In this document: positions 12,910-23,695 of the stretch, one piece after another
How positions within the stretch are numbered: the first letter of the stretch is position 1
Layout: each line of letters begins with the position of its first letter
NCBI GenBank assembly: GCA_020137815.1
Contig: CM035358.1
Location: forward strand, 3,162,001 to 3,226,000
DNA: 64,000 nt
From: Hormiphora californensis
Lineage: Eukaryota; Animalia; Ctenophora
Direction of reading: 5' to 3'
Notes under the pieces: generated by a model
The model's database searches: none
Seen by the model: the letters and a program-made list of their open reading frames with translations, nothing else
Told to the model about the DNA's origin: nothing
Position numbers and translations under genes: made by a program

Positions 12910-14197
12910 ATGTCACACTCTCACGCCATTGCAGCACCGAGATCAAGATAACAGTTACGAACTCCCGGACCCACACATTCTTTATCTCTCTCACTCTTAC
13001 TAATCTCTCACTCTCTTTACCTATCTCAGGCGTTATCTTATCTTATACTGATTTCTCTGCCTGCTACCTTATCATGAATTCGTTCTATTGTTACGCCCTA
13101 AAGTGTCTCTCACTCTTGTTTTAAAAATTTTACAATGCAATTTTATTATGCCTATTTTCGTTGTACCTGACGTCAACAATAATGTCCCAGATTCTTACAC
13201 TTTTAGACCTCGCAGGCTCGGTCAAAAAGTAAAACTACATCACTCGCAGGCTCGTGAGGTAGTTAGACTTAGTGGCACTCGCAGGCTCGTGCACTAAAGT
13301 ACAAGAATCTGCCTCGACCTGTGGTCTCGGATCATTATTGTTGTACTTATAACACTCGACCTTCGGTCTCGTGTTATAAGTTTTCAGGTACAACTTATAA
13401 GCATAATAAAATCCTACACTATACAACTGCACCTTTAGGTTCTTCCCTCCATGTTCCTTTTGTGTCTGCAGTTGCAAAATACTGAAACGACACTGCAGTA
13501 ACTACCTCCCCACCATACTTATCCGCACAGTTGTTATCAGCAAATGTTGTGTCCAACAAGACAGTATCGTTCTGTTTTAGTTTGATGCTGGTGCTAGTTT
13601 TACTAAGGGTCCAAGTATTGAGATAACTGTTAACCACTCTAGTACCAGTATATGAAAACCAACCATTACTACCACACCCGTCTAGGTAGTACCGGGTGGG
13701 TTCCCAACCTATCCTTCCTATAGTAGACCCGGACTTGTCAAAGAAGTATATGACTTTATACTGGTCTGGGTTGTCTGCATACTGAATCTGTACTGGGTAC
13801 TTTTCTAGTTCGTTAGAGAAGGCGCATGAAGCAGTGAGACAGTCACCCGCAATTGAGTTGTATTCTAGGGGTGGGGGTTGAAGTCATAACATGGAAAACC
13901 AGTAATAGAACCTCATTTTAACAATATACCTTCAAGAACCTAATACAGTCGGACCCCGATTTAGGGGCCCCCGATTTAGTGGCACCCCGATTTAGGGACA
14001 GGATTTTTTTCCCCCGATATAGGAAATTAATCTTATTTGACCCCGATATTGTGGACACCCCGATTTAGTGGACAAGAGCCTTTCCCCCGAGGGTGTCCCT
14101 AAATCGGGGTCCGACTGTACCTAACAATTAGTATACAAGTACCTGTGCTAGCATATGAGGATTGAAGTGACAAGGCAAGGACAAACACCCACAGCAT
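7383..14197 (-). CDS. Secreted/cell-surface multi-immunoglobulin-domain protein (3' end not found)
   Basis: Signal-peptide exon 14197-14143 (MLWVFVLALSLQSSYAST) and a non-Ig N-terminal exon 13864-13433. About 6-7 Ig domains follow, with C..W..(G.)Y.C motifs (VLTCGIENLSYEAKINWY, GGTYNC, EGDYKCVFQF) in exons near 12460-12385, 12260-11885, 11800-11697, 10706-10530, 10437-10337, 10236-10063, 9887-9770, 9570-9410, 8282-8172, 8053-7752 and 7490-7383. Two apparent +1 frameshifts near 11946 and 11761. Confidence 0.8.
7484..7680. repeat. Intronic minisatellite repeating a splice acceptor
   Basis: About 6 copies of agataactagaga (minus strand tctctag|ttatct). Confidence 0.75.
8341..9151. mobile_element. 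Foldback MITE, Tc1/mariner-type (TA TSD)
   Basis: ~350-bp near-perfect inverted arms, ccgtgttgggcaaaaaaaatgtcccccctagactagc.../...gctagtctaggggggacattttttttgcccaacacg, flanked by TA. Confidence 0.9.
9290..9398 (+). mobile_element. 109-bp hAT-like MITE, copy 1
   Basis: TIR CAGGAACCGACCGAA; 8-bp TSD cttatatt. Confidence 0.92.
10819..11402. mobile_element. Non-autonomous TIR element (CCCAGTG ends, 8-bp TSD) carrying a tRNA-like segment
   Basis: TIR cccagtgcaaagat/atctttgcactggg; TSD atgaaggt on both sides. Confidence 0.9.
11011..11084 (-). other. tRNA-derived Pol III A/B-box unit (pseudo-tRNA)
   Basis: A box tggtcgagtggttaagg, B box gggttcgaacccc and a downstream T-run. No proper acceptor stem. 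Confidence 0.7.
12700..13400. mobile_element. Structured non-autonomous element with terminal direct repeats, internal (TC)n and a hairpin array (Crypton- or Helentron-like)
   Basis: gtacaacttataa at both ends; acttataacac..gtgttataagt hairpins; three ctcgcaggctcg-looped stems. Relative at 23801-24009. Confidence 0.65.
13946..14117. mobile_element. Tc1/pogo-type MITE (TA TSD)
   Basis: TIR cagtcggaccccgatttagg/cctaaatcggggtccgactg with internal ccccgatttag repeats. Confidence 0.9.
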
Positions 14198-15438
14198 GTT
14201 CAGGAGCTGCAGCCTCTGAAGCTAGTACCGATATACAATATACTACTACAAATGAACTATATACACAAGAGAGAGGAGAGATATAACAATTAGTGCAAGG
14301 CTGTTAAACTACTTCTTTTCTTGCTGTGCTGACACATTGAGTGGTGACACCCAGTGTGTGCAATACAGACACCCAGTATATCTCTAACAATAATACACCC
14401 CCCCCCCCAATATATTGGCAGAGTCCCAAGGGCTGTTAACTAGGGAATCGCAAAAAGTGGACTATAATGATGCACCAACCAAAGTTTCGGGTTTTAGGTA
14501 TAAGAACTAAAATATGAGAATTGAGATGAAATGTTAGTTTGAGTTGAAACCCATGGAATTCTTCACCTTAAAAAACTACCGCAACTGACACTTGGTTCAA
14601 TTGGAATCTTAGAATCTAAACACTATAAAGTGGTGATTCATGTTAAGTGTTAACGTGAAATGCACATTTGGCTTGATTTGGGCACTTTCAACATTTCTGG
14701 CACAGATTCTGACCTTACTTTGCGTGACGCGCGAGGTCAACTGTCTAATCAACTGCGCGCGATTTGTTTGAAAATTCCCACGCTTGCGCGGACCTTGAGC
14801 GCCAAAGCGCAGACAGCTCGAAATGACAGTCTTCGACAGACCCATGACCGCCATTTTGTGGTGAATTGGATCATAACAGGTTGATATGGGACCACAGCAA
14901 CTTCATTATTCAACAATAAAAAAGGAGAGTGGAGGAAAATAATGCCTTGGGCTCCTAAACCCGTCAGGCTTCTTTTCGCATGGCATTGGTTAGCTCTCCT
15001 CCACTCTCCCTTGAAATGATAATACACGGTATTTGACGGTAGTATAACGAAACTAAGTATTTAAACATTACTCAATCTTACACTACATTATAGTACTCAA
15101 TATGTACAAAGTATTGTACCCTGCAGGACAAACTGTCATAGTGACAGAGTCACCTCTCTCTTCTTTTCTCATTCTCTCAACATACACAAATCAATCACAA
15201 AAATATCACTCTTTTCATAACAATTGTGGGTCATTTTCATATCAATTAGGCCCCATCCCATGTTTTTTGCTTTTCAATTTCCCTATCTGTATCCGTGTAC
15301 CACTACATTTCCTCTCTCGCTACATAAATTTGTCACATAACACAAACACATAAAGGAAAAAATGCTGTCCATGATTTTCCCAGATTTTCCCACATTGTCA
15401 TATATATCGGTATAAAAATGAATAAAAGGTGGGCCCCT

Positions 15439-18400
15439 TTACATGCCAGGTCGGGCAGGTCGAGATGGGGGCATTCTCCTGTTTCCACCAGGAGGAGCGG
15501 GGGCAGGACGACTGAAATGGAACATGTTAGAGGTTGTGTTAGAATGAGGGATGGGGTGTTAAATTAAACATGTTTTTCATGGTTGTAGCACTGAATGGAA
15601 TACTGCACATGCAATTGTCAGGCAATTAGGAATTGAACATAACACAAACATGGATGTAACACAAGATAGAGGGAGACAGCATAAGGGGGAACTTTCAGGG
15701 GCACCCCTGACCCCCATCTCTCTATACAAGGGAGGTCAAGGGGCGACCCCTGACAAGTGTTGGGCTCTTACAGGTCTGCTCCAAAGGTGGGCTTTCCATC
15801 TGCAAAGCCAATCTTGGGTGTGACATTGACACCAAATCCCATGCCCGTGTTGGTGGTGAAGTTAGGTTTGGAGGGCAGGGGAGGCGGGGCTCCTCTGGTG
15901 GTGGTTGAACTAAAGAGAGGGAGAGGAGGGGAGAGAAATAGTAAGGGGACCCTAACAGACAAACAGACGGGGTTTTAAACAAACAGACGGGGTTGAAACA
16001 GATATATATAATCGTGCGATACGAGTGATAGAGATGCTAGTTCCATTCTGTTTATAGTTCCACCTCCTCTCACCTAGCTGGTCTTGATCCTGGTCGACTG
16101 GGTGGGCCGCTACTACCACCACTCTGGTGGTCTGAGGCCAGGTTCGGCCGGGATCTGCTTGTAGTCATATCAGAAGATACTTTTCTAGAGGTGGCAGGAC
16201 TGCGATGTGATGATCTGAGGGTGGGGGAGAGGGAGGGAGAGAAGAGGATTAGCGCTACATGCAAACTCAGCAAAACAACACCCTTCACACTTTTTGAGAG
16301 TTCTGTGGTAACTATGGTAACCATTAGTTACGACAGTAATACTTACGTGTTATTAGAAATTATGGGAGGAGGGAGAGGGTCGGAGGTGGTGCGAGATGAG
16401 ACTTCAGATATAGTTTGGATTGCACTTTTACAGGCATCATACATCCCCAATAATTCCTCCCTTCTCTTCACTTCTTCTTCGGACTCTTCCATCAAATTAT
16501 CAACCTAGGGGAGGAGGAGTTATTAACCTAGGGGGAGGGGGGGGTATAGTTGGGACATCAGGCTCTTTAGAGAAGGGATACAAGTTTCCATCCGACGCCC
16601 AAAACCAAAAACTTTGGGCTTGGCCCGATGAAAACCGTTCATCGACCAACTACTAGAGAATAGGAAGGAATAGGAATCAACTCACCGATTGTCCAGAGCT
16701 GTACAGCATTGGCATCAGTTCAACCTCAATAAAGACCTTCATTTTATTAACCATGAGACACATAATGTGTTTGGGTACCAGATCTTTGAAGGTTTTCCTA
16801 ATAATGTTCATATAACTGTTAACATAGGTCCGGATAACCTCGACTTGTCGTTCCAGTTGGGGGTCTTCAAACAGACCTGGAGAGAGAGAGGGGATTGGTA
16901 TGGGGCCACCATTCATTCAAGGCAGAGGAGAGAGAGGGAAAGGATTGGATCGGGATTTATAATTTTATAATGCTTTTGTACACGAATAAATACTGAAAAT
17001 ATGGGAATGAAGGACTCACGTTCAAATTTGGGTCTGGCATTCTCATCCTCCAGATCTTCCAGTGGGATTTCAGAACGGTGATTGTAGATACCTGATAGGA
17101 TGGAGAAGTATTTTCATGGAGTTATCGTTATAGCAGGGTCAGGGGACAGCTAGAGGTAAATAATTGTAAGTCGCGTAATAAGAAGATGCTAAATTTTCCT
17201 ATATCTTAATTTTAGGTTGCTTAAAAGCTTGATCTTAATTTCGGAGAGTAAGGTAACACAAATAGATCACGTGGTATATCTAACATGGAACACCCTGTAC
17301 ATTTATACCTGCTACCCTTTGGTTGAAGATACCTGAGAACAAGAACACGTGACGTCATCCAGATATATTGGAACAAGAGGAACAGAAGGGAACATATTAT
17401 ATGTGCATGTGGCACCACTACTAAGGCATATATTCTGCCACCTCCTGCTAACCGCACGGGAGAGAAGACATGGTATAGAATGAATAGTGTTACCTGCCCT
17501 AAGGAATGATGCCCTCCAATCTTCCAGGTCATCCTCATCTTTAGCCATGATACTCAGCTCCCTGTACTCACGGAACAGATATCTAGGGGGGGGGGCAGAA
17601 TGTTAGGAAACAAATATCTAGGGAAGGGGGAGGGGGCAGAATTTTAGGAAACAAGATATCTAGGGGGGCAGACTGTTAGGAAACAAATATCTAGAGGAGG
17701 CATCATGTTAGGAAAAAAGTAGAGATTATGGGAAAGTCAAGACTCTAGGGGATGGATGGATCGCCCACCTTGCATTGGGATTGAACAAGTTGATTTTGAA
17801 TTTCCGATGGAAGAATCCTCCGTGTTCCTCGTCTTCATCAGTACTCTTCATCTTGATCCCATCAATATTCAGGTAGTACTTCTGGTCTCGTTCCTAGGAA
17901 GGGATGTTAGATAGTGCAACATGCAAAGCCAGAGAGGGGAGATAGTACTTCTGGAATCGTTTCTATGGGAGTGAAGGGTTGGGAGCTCGAGAGAGGGAGG
18001 TTAGACCAACAAAGCCTACCCTGTTGAGTCTAAACACTATCATGTTTTCAACACTTACAGATTCGTCCTTGTACCAAGCCAGCGCGTCAGTATACAGTAC
18101 AAACCAGTACTCCCTCGACAAACCCTTAGTAAGACCCACATTGGTGGTGGACAACCAACCCTTCTTAATCAACTGAGAGGAAGGGGGTGCGTTAGAGAGG
18201 GAGCTGGGTAAAACGGGCAGCGTATAACACTGGAGTGGCTTGCAGCTGTATATAATTTCAGGCTTTATTCAGTCCCGCGCTGGGTGTCACACACTCTCTC
18301 TCATAGCACACACAATGCACACATGGTATCATGCTATCTCTCTCTCGTTCTCTCTCTTACGCTACTAGTTGAGACTGGGCCCTGAAACAGTGAGAGGCAC

Positions 18401-21400
18401 GTATGAACGGTTGTGTAGTAATATACATGTACACCAATATTACAGTCGGACCCCGATTTACCGGGATGCTCGGGGGAAGGGATTTGCCCGGTAAATAGGG
18501 GGTTATGGTAAGTTGGGGTCCGACTGTAGTAGTAGAAAGGTGTTTCCCAGTGCTTTGCAGCAGTAACAGGGCTGCGATATCTATCTACATACTCACCCTC
18601 TGTTGCCGAGAACCTTGTGACTGAGAGGAGGGTGTGTGAGTCTGGTGTGACTGGAGGGAGGGTGTGTGAGGTGATGTTAGTGTGATAGAGAGAGTGAAGG
18701 TAGTCAGTGGAAATATATTAGTGAATCCACGGGGGGGGGGGGGGAGACTATAGGAAATGGATTATGGAATAAAGAGATGAAGAATGAGATAAAACGTTTA
18801 CATGTCATTGAGATTACTGATTTCAATGAGTTGAGAGCTTGAAAACTATTTTTTGAAAAACCCCAAACACAAGGATCAGCAGTAACACACACATAATCAG
18901 CCCATCAATCACACCATGTCACAATCAGCCCGCACACAAGTGATACAGTGCACTACAGTTCAGTGAGTGTCAGGTGCAACTCATATCGAGAAAGTGGATG
19001 GTATACCCCTGACACACACTGAATCTTATTTTATATTAAACCGAGGTATTGTGGGGCAGCAACAGCATTATATCTTGCTATATAGGCAGGCCGCATACCT
19101 TCGACTTGTTCTGATCTCTGTTTCCCTACAACATAGTATTGGGAGAGTAGTGTACATGCAACATTAACTAGCCCCCATACATTAACAGCTCCATTCCCTT
19201 TTTAGATTATATCGTCCACCCTCCCACATACAAAGTAGCTACAACAACAGCCCCTTCAATAGTTCAGACTCTCTCGTGCAGCCAGCCTTATAGTATAAGA
19301 ATAGTATGGCTCCTTCCCCTGCCCGACCCATGGTAACAGCCCCCCCCATCCCTTAACCAGCCCTGATCCCATAGTCTCTCAGGTGAGGCTCACAGCAAAT
19401 GAAGGCTGCATTCAGCATTCAGCTCACTTCACACGGATATAAAAAAGAAGGGAATTTGCAGGAGATAGTTTAGATGCAAATGCAAGCAAGCAGGGTTTTA
19501 GGGTTTTTATCCAAACCATATGATCCAATAATTCCTTGTAACATCTCAACACGTATAATTGGAAAGAACGTGTAGCATGAAATACGTGTAACATGTAATA
19601 CCAGAGAGAGAAGACCGATTGGTAGCATATCTTACCTCGGCTTTCTTGTTTTTCAACTGAGAAACGTTAATGAACTGAGAAGTTATAAATATATGTTTTA
19701 TGAGGGCCCCTCATCACGACACTTACAACACCCACATAACAACTATAGGAACACTTTTGTAAGTTCAACACACTGCACTACATACCTGGCTCTCTTGCGA
19801 TGCAGACGACTGGACATCCTTTACATTTTCACCCTTCGCAGTTCTAAAACACAGAAAGAGTTAGTTTGATCAATAATCAATATCAGTGTTTTCTAAGTTT
19901 GATTCTGGTAATCTGGTTGTTTTGTTTCTGGGGTTTTGGGAACTTACGCATTGAACCCGATAAAGTCGTCATGGTTAGTATTCACGTAGGAGAGCTCCAC
20001 TTCTACAAGCTGGTTAACTTGGTCTCTACATGACTGTTCACACTGAGAGAGAGAGAGAGAGGGTGTGTGTTATGTTCTAACTTTATTTGGTGAGAAAGGG
20101 TCCTATCCAGCAATGCAATGAGAGATACGTATTTTCTCTTGCCTTGATAGACCCCGCGGTGTATCAAAATATTGATGTTAGTAGTCTACCAAATAATAAA
20201 TATAGCTCCACAAGATATGAAGAGTTGAACTGCTTAGTGCTTACCTCTCGAAGATACCCCGAGACTTGTTGATCTATTTCACTCTGTAACCGTGGGTAGT
20301 TCTTGATCTTGTCAATACACTTCATAATCACCTCGTGCAGTTCGGTCGATACCTGTAACAAGAATAATTTAGGTCAATATAATAAATAATATAAGGAACT
20401 GAATCTGAGACAGTCTGACAGTACGAAGACCAGTTAAAATCAGGAACCGACCAAAACAAGTAAACAACCAATCAGAACTTGTTATTTAGGTCACATGACT
20501 GGTTATTAGCCAATCAGGGACCAGTATTTCCTGATTTGGTCGGTTCCTGGTTAAAATCTAGCTGAGTCTAACTGTTACCTGTTTGATGCACTTCATGGAT
20601 GGAGGGGCGAGTTGTTCAATTTGCCGCTTAACTGTCATCTCAAACGCTGCATCTGGCGTGAATAGTCCAGATCTGACTCCATGGATATTCCTAATCGCAT
20701 ACCCGATCTCCTTTCTTAGTTCAGCCTCATCCAGTCTACCCTGAGATATGAGATATATAGAGGGAGACTACTGAATGAAAAGAATGACAAATTGTAAAGA
20801 GAAGAATATCTCAAAAGACAAATTTCCATGACGTAATCAGACAAGTTAGTACCTCGTTGAGATATCCAGGGAATCGGAGATGGAAAATTGTGTTAATTTT
20901 GGCTCCTCCACTAAGACTTTTAGTGTCAACATTTCCTCCTCCCTCTATCATCTCCTCAAAGTCGTGTGTTACCCGATTAACCATCCTGCGAGAAATAGGT
21001 GAATTGTTGGACAGGGCCCCGTTGGACAGGGAAGTTGCAGTAAATGGGAGAAATACAAGGTACATAATTTGGAAGTTGCAACAAGTAGGGGAACTTGTGA
21101 TTCTGGTTGTTAGAAAGGAGTTACTCACTGCATCATGATGCGAGGTCTCGAACTCTTGTCCTCCTTTCCCAGGAATTTAAACTCCTTCACCTCACCCTCT
21201 AGTGACGACATCTGTTGCTCCAGTTTGGACCTCAGGTTGGGCAGCACTTCCCGGATGTGATTTGTTAGTTGCTGAAAGAGGGGGTTTACATATTGTTATT
21301 AGCCAATACATACACAGTTTCTGAACAGTGTAGCATATCATTAGTCCAGTGTGTGTAATAGCGTCCTACATCACATATCTCTACCTGGTTTAATGTTTTC

Positions 21401-22177
21401 TGAAGGAAGGCAGTTCCTGCCCTCTCGGCCAAATGTCGGTACGAGGGATGGGAAAGGAAGTACTTCCTCTCGGCCGCCTGGGCCTGCTTTTATATCCTTC
21501 TTCCCATCAATGTCCTTCTGACTCCTGTTCACGACTCCGATATAGCCTGCGCGCGGGGGTGGTTAGATCTGGGGATGACCGCGCGTTACTGCGTAGTATG
21601 AGATAAAGTGTGCCAGGGAGAGGGCCACTCTAGCTTGTTTTATACCTCTCCTGAGTTGGAGGACTTTGTTGTCCAGGATTTCCTTTGCATCTGTCCCCTC
21701 GTCCATAAGATCTAGTTTGGTAATTACACCAATCGTCCTGATACCTGGGGGGAGGGGAGGCGGAGGGATTATAGAGGATTGGAGTAGAATCATTTCTAGA
21801 ATCTAGAGGGGCTATAATTATAAAGCATGTCGTGTGATTATTGATGTATATAATTCTCTATTAGATCATAGTGTGGCTCCCTGATGCTCCTTCTAGCATT
21901 TAAACACTCTTCCGGGTCACTGTCTCACGCTGACGACGTGTTCAGTTTGTTTAACATTTTACTACCTAGTTTCCCACCACATTACACCGCGCCCAGTCAC
22001 ACACAACAGCATGAGTGAAACTCTGAAGTAACTCATGATCATGTGTGATGTAACTACCTTCAGGGTCGACTTCCTTGGCAAGTTTCAGGGCGTCAGAGTT
22101 AGCAAGATCGGAGTTAGCGGGGGTTACAGCCAGAATTAGGCAGCTTGGTTTCGTAATAAACTGCATTATCATCCCTG

Positions 22178-22245
<68 letters not shown>

Positions 22246-23612
22246 GAGGGGTAGAGAGAAGAGAGGAGAAGGGGAAGAGAGAGAGAGAGAGGAAGAGAAG
22301 AGAGAGAGAGAGAAAGAAACTGTAGGAAACTCCTCTTTCTCTCTCTCTTCTCCGTGCTCTCTCCCGCGTCTCTCTCTCTCTCGCTCTCTCTCTCTCTCTT
22401 TGCTCTCGCTCTCTCCTACTCTCGAGCTTTGCCCCCCCGGGGTTTTTTTTTTTTCCTTTTTTTTTTTTTTTTTTTTGGTTTTTTTTTTTTTTCCCCCCCC
22501 GGGGTTTTAATTTTTTTTTTTTAAAAAAAAAAGGGGAAAAGGGGGGGAAAAAAGGGAAAAAAAACCCGGGGGGTTTCCGAACACCGGAAGGAACAATGGC
22601 GGGAAAAGGAGAGAGAGTGCCACCACAAAGCAACCAACGTACCCGGATCCACGACCGAAGCGGAAGGTACGAAACATGCCTGGCGCTGCTACCAAAGCAG
22701 GGGATGAGGCAGACGGGACACTGAGGAGTGAGTCCGGCCCAGAAATAAAAACAAACTAATAATAGTGGCCGTCGGCGAGGGAAGCATACAGAAGGCACGC
22801 GACCTCCAAGAAACCTGTACAAAAAAGATCGCTTGATAACGGGTCGTGAAAACGGGGAAGCCAACCAGGAAAGAGCACCATAGGGACGAAAATCCAAGCG
22901 CCCAATGACACCACACAGAAGAAATAGAAATGAAGAGATCATATTCACAACACACCGCGCGACCGAGTGACCGACCGAGTGACCGACCGAGCGACAGACC
23001 GACTGCCACCGACTGACCGACTGACTGACCGACCGACCGACTGACCGACCGACCGACCGACTGACTGTCTGACTGACCGACCGACCGACCGACCGACCGA
23101 CCGACCGACTGACCGACCGACCGACTGACTGACTGACTGTCTGACTGACTGACTGGCTGGCCGACTGACTGGCCGACTGACTGACCGACCGAGAACAGCC
23201 TACCAAGTCGCGACATACCCATAACACAATCCAGAACAATCACAGGGACAGCAACTGACAACAAAAACGACAGGCCCATCTGCCCTGCCGCGAGGGCCGA
23301 CCGCTGAGCAGGCGCCTCCATCCATCCGCAGCGCTTGAACAGGCAGCCGGACACAGGTCCAAGTCCATCAGGTCAAAATACACACACACACTTTTCTCTT
23401 TAATTCTTGCTCTGAACTCATTATTCAGAACACTTTTCTCTCATACTAGCTTCCATGCACTTCTCACTCAAAGCATCAAACATCACAAGAGGGACAGCGA
23501 GAGCCCCCCCTCCGCCGCAAACAAAAATTGGCAGTGAAAGAAGTGTGACCTATAGTTGCAGAGGGGAAGAAAAGATAAGGGTTAGGGCGTGTGCAGTAGT
23601 GACTACTGCACA

Positions 23613-23695
<83 letters not shown>

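Noticed and set aside
14757-14858. CDE/CHR-like and YY1-like motifs as a defined promoter
   Set aside because: The motifs point in opposite directions and no plus-strand gene follows. Possibly the Ig-gene promoter, but not supportable from sequence alone.
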